Source of the DNA: an uncultured Gammaproteobacteria bacterium
GTDB lineage: Bacteria > Patescibacteriota > Patescibacteriia > Magasanikbacterales > UBA922
DNA: 64,000 nucleotides
Reading direction: 5' to 3'
NCBI GenBank assembly: GCA_964522435.1
Contig: CAZFUL010000002.1
Location: 44,631-108,630 of the forward strand
A program made the translations under genes and the position numbers. Shown one piece after another: positions 10,478 to 20,038 of this stretch. Each line of letters begins with the position of its first letter. The stretch's first letter is position 1. The notes beneath the pieces were generated by a model. It saw only the letters and a list, made by a program, of their open reading frames with translations. It made no database searches and had not been told where the DNA came from.

Positions 10478-10549
10478 TATCGCCAGGGGGAATCGAACCC
10501 CCGTTATCGGGATGAAAACCCGATGTCCTAACCACTAGACGATGGCGAC
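10478..10549 (-). tRNA. tRNA-Glu (TTC)
   Basis: Reverse complement GTCGCCATCGTCTAGTGGTTAGGACATCGGGTTTTCATCCCGATAACGGGGGTTCGATTCCCCCTGGCGATA folds as a cloverleaf; no encoded CCA. Confidence 0.95.
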
Positions 10550-10609
10550 ATAGATGAATGCAAATAGTATAATGAAGTCAAAAACGTTTGTCAAGAATCA
10601 AGTATAATA

Positions 10610-10707
10610 ATCCCTTTACAGCATACAAGGACGAAAGCAACTCGCATAGGGTGCCAGATGCACCCTATGCTGCGACTGCTTTTTTTGCCTGTATGCTGTA
10701 GCGGGAT
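10610..10707. repeat. 98-bp long bulged hairpin element, copy 1
   Basis: ATCCC...GGGAT termini, nested inverted repeats; 93/98 identical to 27405-27502. Confidence 0.9.
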
Positions 10708-10734
10708 ATCATATAGCAGTATGATTAAGCCCCC

Positions 10735-10763
10735 TTGACACTCGTTCCTTTATCCGATATACT
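10735..10763 (+). promoter_or_regulatory. sigma70 promoter of rplJL
   Basis: TTGACA-N17-TATACT. Confidence 0.8.
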
Positions 10764-10776
10764 CTTTCCATAACTT

Positions 10777-10891
10777 ACCATAGACAGTAGCTTCTCGAGG
10801 ATATCGGGATTAAATACGCTACCGAGGTATACTAAGGAAACATTCTATATGTTTCTTTACTAAAGGTCGTATACCTTCCTTCGTCTGTGGT
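10777..10891 (+). promoter_or_regulatory. Ribosomal protein L10 leader (autogenous control RNA)
   Basis: TAGACAGTAG...TTAA...CTACCGAGG pattern with closing stem ACCATAGAC/GTCTGTGGT upstream of rplJ. Confidence 0.8.
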
Positions 10892-10912
10892 TATTAAGCC
10901 ACATTTTTTTAT

Positions 10913-11431
10913 ATGGCAAAAACAAGAGTACAAAAAGAACAATCAGTAGGCGCATTGGTAACAGGGTTGCAATCTGCAACATCCGTTGTCTTTGCAAACT
11001 ACCAAGGACTTTCTGTTGCTGATATGGAAACCTTGCGTGCACAATGTCGAGAACAAGGCATTACCTGTATTGCAAGTAAAAAAACCTTAGTAAAAACTGC
11101 GTTGAAAAGCGCTGGTTTAGAGGTAAATACCAAATCATTCAACGGAGGTATTGCCACGTTCTTTGGAGCTGACGAAGTAAGTGCACCAAAAATTGTTGCA
11201 ACATTTGCAAAAGATCATGAAAAAGTCACGATCTTTGGAGGGGTATTAGAAGGATCATATATCGATAGTGCGCAAGTAAAGGCATTAGCGCTTCTTCCTT
11301 CAAAAGAACAATTGTTGTCTCAATTGGTTGGAACACTCAACGCGCCAGTATCTGGATTTGTCCGTGTATTGTCTGGAAACCTTCGTGGTTTGGTGACAGT
11401 ATTACAGGCAGTAAAAGAACAAAAAGCATAA
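10913..11431 (+). CDS. rplJ: 50S ribosomal protein L10
   Basis: YQGLSVADM..LR, KKTLVK, LALLPSKEQLL..LVG.LNAP. Confidence 0.95.
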   Translation: MAKTRVQKEQSVGALVTGLQSATSVVFANYQGLSVADMETLRAQCREQGITCIASKKTLVKTALKSAGLEVNTKSFNGGIATFFGADEVSAPKIVATFAKDHEKVTIFGGVLEGSYIDSAQVKALALLPSKEQLLSQLVGTLNAPVSGFVRVLSGNLRGLVTVLQAVKEQKA

Positions 11432-11451
11432 TAATTTAATTGTATTATCAT

Positions 11452-11859
11452 ATGTCAGAAGAAACAAAAATGGTAGAAGTACCAGAAAAGTTCAAAGCAC
11501 TTGTTGAACAAGTGGAAAAAATGTCAGTTCTCGATTTATCAGAATTGGTAAAAGTTCTCGAAGAAAAATTTGGTGTAAGTGCAGCAGCTCCAGCAATGAT
11601 GATGGCAGCTCCTATGGGCGGCGCAGCAGCTCCAGCAGCTGAAGAAAAAACTTCTTTCACTGTTGAATTAGTTGATGCTGGTAGTAACAAAATTGCTGTT
11701 ATCAAAGTAGTAAAAACAGCAACCGGCCTTGGATTAGCTGATGCAAAAGCATTAGTTGACGGCGCACCAAAAGCAGTAAAAGAAAATGTTTCTAAAGAAG
11801 AAGCAGAAGCATTGAAAGCAGAAATCGAAGCAGCTGGTGGAAAAGTAGAATTGAAATAA
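11452..11859 (+). CDS. rplL: 50S ribosomal protein L7/L12
   Basis: [45 protein letters not shown]. Confidence 0.97.
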   Translation: MSEETKMVEVPEKFKALVEQVEKMSVLDLSELVKVLEEKFGVSAAAPAMMMAAPMGGAAAPAAEEKTSFTVELVDAGSNKIAVIKVVKTATGLGLADAKALVDGAPKAVKENVSKEEAEALKAEIEAAGGKVELK

Positions 11860-11883
11860 CTTTTTTCTCTATCTCATCTCGAT

Positions 11884-11913
11884 AAAAAAACCCCGATTCA
11901 ATCGGGGTTTTTT
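11884..11913. terminator. Bidirectional intrinsic terminator after rplL
   Basis: AAAAAAACCCCGATTCAATCGGGGTTTTTT. Confidence 0.85.
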
Positions 11914-11931
11914 GTATCTATCAATAGGTTG

Positions 11932-14175
11932 TTAATTCGGAATATCAAATCGGAGAATACGGTTATTGTCTAAGACAAAGATGCGTTTTGTCTCATAATC
12001 CACAATCATAGATTGAGGAGAAACAAATTGGTCACTCATATATTGGGTAACGAGTGTCCCTTGTTTATCAATAACCACAATACGTTTTTGCTTCGGTTCT
12101 AAAATATAGAGGTAAGGGACATCGTTATAGGTCCATATTTGTGTGGGTTGTTCTAACACGGGGTCAAGGGCCGCAAGAGAAAATGCTTGTTTTTTTCCTG
12201 CAGAAAATTTACTTATCGCTCCCGTTGTTTCAAGAACAAAGATATCCCCATCAATGGTAAAGGAAACCGCATTATCAATAGAAATGCCCTGTTCTTGTAT
12301 CCAGGCCGTCCCTTGGTCATAGCCAGTTTGTGTTTGTGAATGTTTATATATTTGATTGTTGATAGGGTCTAAGCTGTATACCCGTCTATTGTAGACAATA
12401 ATATCCACAATATCACTTTGTTCTTGAGGAAAACGAATATCTTTTTTACTTATCCCTTGTGCCAATTTATCATATTCCGCAATACCATTGTCATTGGTTA
12501 AAAAGACAATTTTATCATGTTCTTTTGGCGTACTTGCTGCGATAAGTTGTTTTGCTGCCTGATCTTGTTTTATTTGTGTCTGCCCGGTTGTGGTGTCAAC
12601 ACTAATATAGTCAGTATATTCTTTATTAAAGGCAATAATGGTGCTATCTATTTGTGCAAAGCCAGTAAGTGTAATACCTTCGGGCGCAGGAAGCGTTGCA
12701 ATCGTTTCTGCACTAACGAATTGTATTTGTCGCAAAGCCAGTAATTGTTCTTCAATAGTAGCAAAAAAGCGTTCTTGTTGAGTTTTTTCTTGATCTGTTT
12801 GTGTCGGTAATTGCTCGGTGATTTGTTTTGCCTCTTGTAATAACGATAGCGCTTTTGCCCGATCTTTATAAATAAGACTTGCTTGTGCTGCGTCTTGTTT
12901 ATCCTGTATTGCTTGTAGTTGTTCTGTGTAGTGCTTTGCGTATGCTTGTGTTGCCTGTTTATGTCGTAACAGTACCATACTGCTGACAAACACCATAACG
13001 AATATAAGGGCGATAAACAAAAGTATTTTACTTATCATTGGGAGGCGCGTAAACCATTGTTTTTTTCTTGAAAGCGATTGTGTATACGAAGAAATAATGC
13101 CAGCGCGACGACCCTTATAATTGCTGAGGAGTATCGCCGTGGTAGAGAGCAGCCGTCCAATAGCAACAGCAATATTTTTTAAGAAAATAAGTAAGGCCGT
13201 GAGTCCCATAAATACCCCCTTGCCTAAGGCAATAAGGACTTGCTCAAGCATAGGACCCGTGGGTTCTTTACGTTCTTTTCTTGGGCGATAATTGGTTGCT
13301 TGCGTTTGTTGAGAGGGCTCTGGAGCATAGGCAGGATCGCTCGGGCGTAAGATGCCGCTAAATTTTTTCTTCGCGTTTCCTAACAGCGGAGGAGATAATA
13401 ATTCTTCAGTATCTCTCTGTCTATTCACAAAACTATTTAACGATTGTTCTGATCCTTTGTCGGTATGCTTTGGCTGTTTTCCGCTTTTAGGAATTTCGTG
13501 TTCAAAGGGACGATAAATGAGTAATCCACCAAATGATTGGGCACTTTTAAGGGAGGCAAGGGTACGTTCAATATGTTCTGTTACTTCGGCGGGTGATCGG
13601 GTAAGAAATAATTTTTCTAAGCGATCCGAAGAAAAATAATTTGCAACAGAAGGAGTAGAAATAAAAATATAATCGCCGGTCGCGACATTGCCTTGGGTAA
13701 CACTATCAAATAGCTGATTGGGGGTGCTTGATTCATTCACCAATCCAATATGTTTCCAGTCTGCATCTTTTTTATAAAAGACTTGTGCTTGGGGATTGCC
13801 GTGGGTAGTAAATACTAATTCTTTTCCACGCACCACGCCAATAAAGGCATGAATCTCGCCGTCCATGGCCAAAATATCTTGGCTCCGGCGATTCATAATT
13901 TCTATCGTACTTTCAAATGGATCTTTTTCATCACTACTTTCTTTTCTATCATAATAGGCACTTTCTATGTCATCAATAATTTGTTGCAGCCCTTGTATTT
14001 GCTGAACAGTTCCTTCTTGAATTTCACAGATAGCAAATAAATAGCCTTTTTTATAGTCTCCCACTTGAGGTTCACTAATATGAAGCAGCACATGAGAGCT
14101 GCGGCTATCCTTTCCTTCAACAAAAAATTCGTATAATTCAAAAATATCACGCATATGGCTTTGACTTAGTGGCAT
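11932..14175 (-). CDS. Bitopic membrane protein: N-terminal PP2C-like fold (degenerate), TM, coiled coil, C-terminal beta-propeller-like region
   Basis: 747-aa ORF; GYLFAI and GDYIFISTP strands; TM segment; NHL-like repeats (VYSLDPINNQIYK, LYILEPKQKRIVV); domain calls by eye. Confidence 0.55.
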   Translation of the reverse strand: MPLSQSHMRDIFELYEFFVEGKDSRSSHVLLHISEPQVGDYKKGYLFAICEIQEGTVQQIQGLQQIIDDIESAYYDRKESSDEKDPFESTIEIMNRRSQDILAMDGEIHAFIGVVRGKELVFTTHGNPQAQVFYKKDADWKHIGLVNESSTPNQLFDSVTQGNVATGDYIFISTPSVANYFSSDRLEKLFLTRSPAEVTEHIERTLASLKSAQSFGGLLIYRPFEHEIPKSGKQPKHTDKGSEQSLNSFVNRQRDTEELLSPPLLGNAKKKFSGILRPSDPAYAPEPSQQTQATNYRPRKERKEPTGPMLEQVLIALGKGVFMGLTALLIFLKNIAVAIGRLLSTTAILLSNYKGRRAGIISSYTQSLSRKKQWFTRLPMISKILLFIALIFVMVFVSSMVLLRHKQATQAYAKHYTEQLQAIQDKQDAAQASLIYKDRAKALSLLQEAKQITEQLPTQTDQEKTQQERFFATIEEQLLALRQIQFVSAETIATLPAPEGITLTGFAQIDSTIIAFNKEYTDYISVDTTTGQTQIKQDQAAKQLIAASTPKEHDKIVFLTNDNGIAEYDKLAQGISKKDIRFPQEQSDIVDIIVYNRRVYSLDPINNQIYKHSQTQTGYDQGTAWIQEQGISIDNAVSFTIDGDIFVLETTGAISKFSAGKKQAFSLAALDPVLEQPTQIWTYNDVPYLYILEPKQKRIVVIDKQGTLVTQYMSDQFVSPQSMIVDYETKRIFVLDNNRILRFDIPN

Positions 14176-14232
14176 AAGCCTATTATACTATAAACAACAT
14201 AAGAGGGGAAATGCCTTATACCTGTTAATTCT

Positions 14233-14835
14233 ATGCTTGAACACCTTTTTGGATCAAAGACCCGATATCGTCTTATTAAGCTGTTTTTCCGCGAACCGGA
14301 GCGCCGTTTTTTTGTTCGAGAAATGACTCGGCTTCTTGATACACAAATTAATGCCATTCGTCGAGAATTGATTATTTTGTGTGATGCCGGAGTGGTGGAA
14401 GAAATAGAAGAAGTCGCTCTTCCGGATGCAACGGATTTGGAGCATCGTGGACCAAAAAAGAAATACTACCGCTTACATCGCGGCTCGTTGTTGTATCCAG
14501 AATTACAAGCCTTGTTGTTAAAAGAAAAAATGCTCACGGAACAAGAATTTATTCAACGCTTAAAAGAAAAAGGTGGTGAGATTGAATTATTGATTATGAG
14601 CGGTTGTTTTATGTCTGACAAAACAGCGCTTACGGATATGTTGATTGTTGGTAAGGTAAAAGAGCGAACTATTGAAAAAATTATTCGTGAGTATGAACAA
14701 GAATTGGGTATTCAGTTGCGCTATACCTTTATGAGCAAGCAAGAATTTGATGATCGTCGTCATGTCATGGATAAATTTATCTTTGGCGTGTTTGAGTCTG
14801 CGCATATGAAAATCATTAATGAATTGGGAATATAG
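14233..14835 (+). CDS. Winged-helix protein with nucleotidyltransferase-like C-terminal domain
   Basis: LFGSKTR..L, FVREMTRLL..QINAIRREL helix-turn-helix; SGCF...DMLIVG minimal NTase-like strands. Confidence 0.65.
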   Translation: MLEHLFGSKTRYRLIKLFFREPERRFFVREMTRLLDTQINAIRRELIILCDAGVVEEIEEVALPDATDLEHRGPKKKYYRLHRGSLLYPELQALLLKEKMLTEQEFIQRLKEKGGEIELLIMSGCFMSDKTALTDMLIVGKVKERTIEKIIREYEQELGIQLRYTFMSKQEFDDRRHVMDKFIFGVFESAHMKIINELGI

Positions 14836-14838
14836 CCT

Positions 14839-15228
14839 ATGTATGTGCTCATAGATATCTGTGTTGATAATCAGATTCTCTTGGCGTTATTTACTAAGAA
14901 TGGTCTGCAGAAAGAATATCGTTATGAACAACAGAACACTGATCTGTTATTTTGTTTTACCGAGCTTTTAAACCAAGCCTCCCTTACGAAACGCGATATT
15001 CTGGGGATAGCCGTTGTATTAGGAAATGGCCGCTTTAGTAGCACCCGTGTTGCCGTGACCGTCGCAAATACCTGGGGTTATGCCGAGCATATTCCTGTTG
15101 TTGCGGTTGACTATGCGCCAGCCTACGACTATGTCGCTATTGCAAACACGCTTGCCGCGCAAGTACCCGGGATTCCGCTTACCGCAACCTATAGTGCAGA
15201 ACCAAATATTGGAAAGATACAAACCTAA
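14839..15228 (+). CDS. tsaB: Truncated TsaB-like protein (t6A biosynthesis)
   Basis: GIAVVLGNGRFSSTRVAVTVAN resembles TsaB GPGSFTGLR; ends YSAEPNI. Confidence 0.7.
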   Translation: MYVLIDICVDNQILLALFTKNGLQKEYRYEQQNTDLLFCFTELLNQASLTKRDILGIAVVLGNGRFSSTRVAVTVANTWGYAEHIPVVAVDYAPAYDYVAIANTLAAQVPGIPLTATYSAEPNIGKIQT

Positions 15229-15243
15229 TTCTATTTTGTCCTT

Positions 15244-15825
15244 ATGTCACAAGAAATTGTTTTTGATATTGAAACTATTGGAGATATTCGTGATTTAACC
15301 ACCATGAAAATTACTGTGGTGTCTATTTATGAATATAGCAGCAACAGCTACCGATCGTTTGAAGAATCTGAGCTTGGTATGCTCTGGCCAATTTTAGAAA
15401 AAAGTTCTCGTTTGATTGGCTATAATAGTGCGCACTTTGATCTTCCCGTACTTGGCAGATATTACACCGGGGATTTAACCAAATTTCCTCATTTGGATTT
15501 ATTGCAGGTAATTAAAACTTCAACTGGCAAACGCTTTAAGTTAGATGATTTAGCAAAAGCAACCTTGCAGATGCAAAAAAGTGGTGATGGGTTACAAGCG
15601 CAAGAATGGTTTAAAGAAGGAAAAATGGATTTGATTAAACAATATTGTGAGCAGGATGTAAAAGTCACGAAAGAGTTGTACGAATACGGAAAAAAGAATC
15701 GCATGTTATATTACCCAACTATTACCGGAGACTTAACGCCTTTTCCTGTGCAATTTGATGCCCCTGTTGCGAGTGCTGCTGGAACGCCTGGGGGAGCGGG
15801 GATTAATATGACCTTGCCGTTTTAG
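15244..15825 (+). CDS. RNase H-like (DEDD, YprB/RNase_H_2 family) exonuclease domain protein
   Basis: VFDIET, GYNSAHFDLP, YCEQDV motifs. Confidence 0.8.
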   Translation: MSQEIVFDIETIGDIRDLTTMKITVVSIYEYSSNSYRSFEESELGMLWPILEKSSRLIGYNSAHFDLPVLGRYYTGDLTKFPHLDLLQVIKTSTGKRFKLDDLAKATLQMQKSGDGLQAQEWFKEGKMDLIKQYCEQDVKVTKELYEYGKKNRMLYYPTITGDLTPFPVQFDAPVASAAGTPGGAGINMTLPF

Positions 15826-16065
15826 AGGTGCGAATCTACGCCTGCCTGTGTTGCGTCGCTGAAGCTATGCGAAAGCGCAGTAGTTATGTGTAAATAGGAG
15901 GCTGTTAAAGATATTCCAAATAAAGATATATGTTCTTTTATAACTAAAAGAACCAAAAGTTTTGGGGGTGATCGATGTTGCGATTGCTCCCAATCAGTAG
16001 ATACTTCGTCAAAGGCAACGCTCTCACCCCCAAGCCCCTATTCTTTTCTAGTGCGGTTATGAGTA

Positions 16066-16776
16066 CTATTGTAAGGGGACTTCTATCATCAACACAAAGG
16101 CCTCTTTATCAACGCTAAACACAATCTCAGTTGCATCGGTAATACCCGCTGCATCACCTTGAGACAAGGTGGTGTTGTCTAATGTAATACTTCCAGAAAT
16201 AACAAACAGATACACACCATGCTCTTTATTTTTTAGCCCATAGACTACCTGCTCTTGAACAGAAAATTCTCCCCAAGACAAATACGCATCTTGGTGAATA
16301 ATCGCAGAGCCTGCAATGTCGCCAGGGGAGACAAAACAGTCAAAGCGGTTGTATCTTTTTTGGGGATCAAATGTTTTTTGATCATAAAACGGAGGAATAT
16401 TTTGTTCTTTTGTTTCAATCCAAATTTGTAACAAATGCGTTTCTTCCAAAGCAGAGCTGTTTTTTTCTGAATGAAGTACCCCACTGCCTGCAGACATGGT
16501 TTGAATGTCGTTTTTAGAAATAGTGCCTGCATTGCCCATGGTATCTTTATGAGAAATACTCCCAGAGAGGGGAATGGTAATAATTTCCATGTTGTCGTGG
16601 TGGTGGGTATCAAATCCACTATCGGGTGCAATGATATCTTCATTGAGTACCCGCAGTGTGCCAAATCCCATGCGCTCTCTATTAAAATAATTTGCAAAAC
16701 TAAAAGAGTATTTGGTGTTTAACCAATCCATGTTCGCTTTTCCTCTTTCATTCTCTTTGTGAAATACGATGTTCAT
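16066..16776 (-). CDS. Pirin family protein (YhhW-like)
   Basis: FSFANYF, GFGTLRVLNED, GFDTHHHDNMEIIT, MSAGSGVLHSE, LLQIWI. Confidence 0.92.
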   Translation of the reverse strand: MNIVFHKENERGKANMDWLNTKYSFSFANYFNRERMGFGTLRVLNEDIIAPDSGFDTHHHDNMEIITIPLSGSISHKDTMGNAGTISKNDIQTMSAGSGVLHSEKNSSALEETHLLQIWIETKEQNIPPFYDQKTFDPQKRYNRFDCFVSPGDIAGSAIIHQDAYLSWGEFSVQEQVVYGLKNKEHGVYLFVISGSITLDNTTLSQGDAAGITDATEIVFSVDKEAFVLMIEVPLQ

Positions 16777-16787
16777 ATATAAAAAAG

Positions 16788-17201
16788 TTAGATCTGTACG
16801 TCTGGATACGTTTCTTTGTATTGCTCATTTGTGGCGCCAAAGTAGGTAACGCTGCGTAAGACAAAGTCCACTTCGTAAGAAACGACACCCGCATGCCAAA
16901 TAGCGGTTAAAAACTCCGGAAAGGTACTTTTTCCTGCTTGATCTGTGGTAATTGCCGTCATAAGCGCTTCTTTATTAAACGCGGCAATATCCGCCATGCC
17001 TTGTACTAACGGCGTGCCTTGCTGTACCACATTGCCGTAGGGAGTATGATAGATAGATTGTAACGATGGTAAGTACCAATAATTTTTCGTAATGCCGGCT
17101 TGGCGTAGGGCTTCTGCCAAATACGGAAAGCCACCTACGTTGGGGCGAATGCTCATGGCCTGTTGTTGGGCGGCTATCAGATGGTCTATTGCTTGGGACA
17201 T
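16788..17201 (-). CDS. DUF1398 family protein
   Basis: GGFPYLAEALRQAGI, DQAGKSTFPEFL..W.AGV..Y.VD. Confidence 0.75.
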   Translation of the reverse strand: MSQAIDHLIAAQQQAMSIRPNVGGFPYLAEALRQAGITKNYWYLPSLQSIYHTPYGNVVQQGTPLVQGMADIAAFNKEALMTAITTDQAGKSTFPEFLTAIWHAGVVSYEVDFVLRSVTYFGATNEQYKETYPDVQI

Positions 17202-17259
17202 AGTGTTGTAGGTATGTTTTTTTATTAATTATTTGATGTTTGCCTCGTCCTGAACCCTG

Positions 17260-17730
17260 TTACGCGCATCCTCCACACAGTCTGTTATAGGGGGTTCCAA
17301 AAATTTCAGTTGAGATAATTGAGGCAATATATAGCAAGAGTACAACGCTGAGTATGTATATACATATTCTTGTAAACGTTCGAAGCTTCTTTGACACGGG
17401 TAAAGAAAAATAAATATAGGTAAGTGCCGAAGTCCATGTTATTCCTAATATAAGGGTGCCAATTCTTATTGATGTTGAATAAGGAAGTTGATTAGTATCA
17501 CTATACAGGGGATTCAATAATATAGTATATATGAGCGTATCGGTAATTGGAATAATGAGATTAATAAGGTCAGCTATGAGTAATAATGGGTAAAAATAGA
17601 AACCAATTAAATAACTTCGCGTGATTCCATGATAGTCATAAAAATTTTTTCCATCAATATAGTTAATAAGTAGAAATACTAATAAACCGATGAAAAAAGA
17701 TTTTATTAATTTTGAATAGAAAGCATTCAT
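17260..17730 (-). CDS. Hypothetical membrane protein
   Basis: 156-aa AT-rich ORF, about 4 hydrophobic segments, C-terminal CGGC. Confidence 0.6.
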   Translation of the reverse strand: MNAFYSKLIKSFFIGLLVFLLINYIDGKNFYDYHGITRSYLIGFYFYPLLLIADLINLIIPITDTLIYTILLNPLYSDTNQLPYSTSIRIGTLILGITWTSALTYIYFSLPVSKKLRTFTRICIYILSVVLLLYIASIISTEIFGTPYNRLCGGCA

Positions 17731-17732
17731 AG

Positions 17733-18053
17733 CTATTTAGCAGTTGGTGATGTTGTACGCCGTTTTTCTTTGAAAAAATATAGTATTCCCATGAGTGCAA
17801 AGAATAATCCAAATAGTAGTGCAGTAAAAAAATGATCAGCTCCACATTTTGGCTCCATTCCATTAATGTAACAGCCAACGGGGATAGATAAAAATTTCGC
17901 ATACAAAAAACATAATAACGCAACCATAAGTAAACTGGCACCACGGTAATACCATGGTTTTTTTTTCGTAAATCGCTCTATGGGAAAATACACCATAAAA
18001 AATACGATCGTAAACAGGAGGGTAATTGATACGATACTACGAAATTCGTTCAT
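17733..18053 (-). CDS. Hypothetical membrane protein
   Basis: Start MNEFRS; about 3 TM segments; 2 nt from the next gene. Confidence 0.55.
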   Translation of the reverse strand: MNEFRSIVSITLLFTIVFFMVYFPIERFTKKKPWYYRGASLLMVALLCFLYAKFLSIPVGCYINGMEPKCGADHFFTALLFGLFFALMGILYFFKEKRRTTSPTAK

Positions 18054-18069
18054 AGGAATAGTGTGATAC

Positions 18070-18378
18070 TTATGTTTCTTTTTTAATCCATTTCTTATTA
18101 ATTGCTTCTTCCAAATCAATCCCAAAAAGATGGGCGGTTACTATCGCCATTCCCACGACATCGGCTAATTCTTTTGCAATTTCTTTTTTGGATATTTCTT
18201 CAGGGACATGTTTTTCTGGCCGACTTTTTTTTCTGTGAATTAATACGGCTTGAGTAAGTTCACCAACCTCTTCGTATAATTTTAATAAACCAAAGTCTTG
18301 GTCTATGTCTACATGGTATTTTTTGCCGTAGTTCATGGCATTTTCTACGATTTGTTGTTGGAGTTCTTGAAAATTCAT
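18070..18378 (-). CDS. MazG-like nucleotide pyrophosphohydrolase
   Basis: KLYEEVGEL...ELADV motif; start MNFQEL. Confidence 0.85.
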   Translation of the reverse strand: MNFQELQQQIVENAMNYGKKYHVDIDQDFGLLKLYEEVGELTQAVLIHRKKSRPEKHVPEEISKKEIAKELADVVGMAIVTAHLFGIDLEEAINKKWIKKET

Positions 18379-18537
18379 AACACAATACTGGTTATATAAA
18401 AGCAATTTCGCTATTTTTGTTTATGCGTAGTGTTGGCATATCCCTCCTTAGGTATGCAAGTTACATTTTCGTTAGCATTGGGGCTCCACAGCCCTTCGGG
18501 ACTATGGAGCCGGCTGATTTATTGCTCAACCTTTACT

Positions 18538-19227
18538 CTATCGGGTACTAGCCAACCGATTAGCATCAATATCAATTTTATCAAAAGTGTTAAAAATTTC
18601 TAAAAATAGATTTTCCCAATTTTCATAATGTTGAATATTTTTTTGATGATCGTCTATAATACTAATTATGGGGAGTATCTCACATTTTCCATTTATATTA
18701 ATTCCACTACCGCCTGTACCCCTATAAGCACCTAAATAAAAATTTCCAGTAAAAAATAGTAAAGATGCCGCTTGTATTGAATCAGAATCTTCTCTAGGAT
18801 ACCCAAAACTGGTATGGGCAAATACTTTATGACGAAATTGTATGAATGCCTCTATTTCTTTTTTTCTATTTTCAACATTTATTTTATTAAAAACAATTTT
18901 TATTCCTAGATGAGTTAATGTTTTTATTATTTTTTCATAGCTTCGTTCAAGAATTCTTTCAAGATTATATATAGTATTTAAATAAGAAGTGTAATTAGAT
19001 AAGAATCTTAATTTTCTTTTTTTATATTTTTTTGTATGAGTTTCATCGGAATTTTTGTATTTTTGATAATCTTTTAACTCTCTTTTATATATATCATTGA
19101 GAATACTAATTCCTGTTTGTATAGCATCTATTTCATTATGGAATCCAAAAAATGGTGGTACCTCGATATAGCTGATTTTTTTTGAGTATACGTTGTAAAA
19201 TTTCTTAAACATAAAATGCATCTGCAA
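18538..19227 (-). CDS. Very AT-rich protein with HEPN-like RxxxxxH motif
   Basis: Helical, FRHKVFAH motif; start uncertain (19227 or 19212). Confidence 0.5.
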   Translation of the reverse strand: MQMHFMFKKFYNVYSKKISYIEVPPFFGFHNEIDAIQTGISILNDIYKRELKDYQKYKNSDETHTKKYKKRKLRFLSNYTSYLNTIYNLERILERSYEKIIKTLTHLGIKIVFNKINVENRKKEIEAFIQFRHKVFAHTSFGYPREDSDSIQAASLLFFTGNFYLGAYRGTGGSGININGKCEILPIISIIDDHQKNIQHYENWENLFLEIFNTFDKIDIDANRLASTR

Positions 19228-19278
19228 TTTATTCTATATATGTTGTTGGTTTACTTAGAGTGCATTCTTCATTTTTTT

Positions 19279-19974
19279 CTAGAATATCTCCAAATGTATC
19301 TTCTTCCCATCAACTCCTTTTGCCAACAATAACGCACGGGTATCTTTTACCATCTCCGTACTGCCACACAAATAAAAATCTTTGCCAACTGTAGTGGCGG
19401 GCATGTGCGTGGTAACGCGACCAGTGGCTCCTTGCCAACTACTGTCAGTGGCTCCTTGAGAAAGAGTGAGGGTATAGGTAAATGTAGGGTATTGAATACT
19501 CAAGTCCTGTAATTCTTGTTGCCAAAAAATATCTTGTTGATGACGCACCCCAAAAATAAGGTGAATAGGGAAGTCAGACTGTTTGTATATGAGTTCATCA
19601 CGAATAATACTCATGATCGGGGTAATACCTGCGCCCGTGGCAATAGCATCGATCGCACCTGGGTGTGGATGGGTAAAATGCCCCAATGGTCCGCGGACAG
19701 CTACTTTGTCACCAACCGCCATAGCCGCAAAATGTTGAGAGGCTTTGCCTTCGGGGAGTATTTTTACACAAAAGCGTAGTTGGGTATCGTCTGGGGCGCT
19801 GGCCATGGAATAGGATCGTGGAACCGTAGTGCCACCAGCGACGGGAATCATAAATTGCAAAAATTGCCCTGCTACAAACGAAAGAGTGGCTGGTTTTTCA
19901 AAATACAGCTCAATAATATCTTTGGTAAGGAATTCTTTTTTTTCTAAAACAAGTGGAAAAGTAAGCAGTGGCAT
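19279..19974 (-). CDS. FAD/NAD(P)-binding oxidoreductase (ferredoxin-NADP reductase family)
   Basis: AGQF, RSYSMAS, GKAS, ATGAGITP, FYLCG, terminal EIF. Confidence 0.9.
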   Translation of the reverse strand: MPLLTFPLVLEKKEFLTKDIIELYFEKPATLSFVAGQFLQFMIPVAGGTTVPRSYSMASAPDDTQLRFCVKILPEGKASQHFAAMAVGDKVAVRGPLGHFTHPHPGAIDAIATGAGITPIMSIIRDELIYKQSDFPIHLIFGVRHQQDIFWQQELQDLSIQYPTFTYTLTLSQGATDSSWQGATGRVTTHMPATTVGKDFYLCGSTEMVKDTRALLLAKGVDGKKIHLEIF

Positions 19975-19978
19975 AGGG

Positions 19979-20007
19979 TTGACAAAAAATGCAAACATCT
20001 ATATCAT
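19979..20007 (+). promoter_or_regulatory. sigma70 promoter of the Fe-S operon
   Basis: TTGACA-N17-TATCAT. Confidence 0.7.
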
Positions 20008-20038
20008 ACTCATAAAGTATGAATTAGAGCAGAATACC

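Noticed and set aside
10610-10707. 98-bp hairpin as SRP RNA, 6S RNA or a CRISPR repeat
   Set aside because: Lacks the SRP GGAA-loop/AGCAG motif, is too short for 6S, and is dispersed rather than arrayed with spacers
15826-19278. Integron cassette array of co-oriented small genes
   Set aside because: No integrase, and no convincing RYYYAAC...GTTRRRY attC hairpins in the spacers; the 18482-18511 hairpin lacks the core sites
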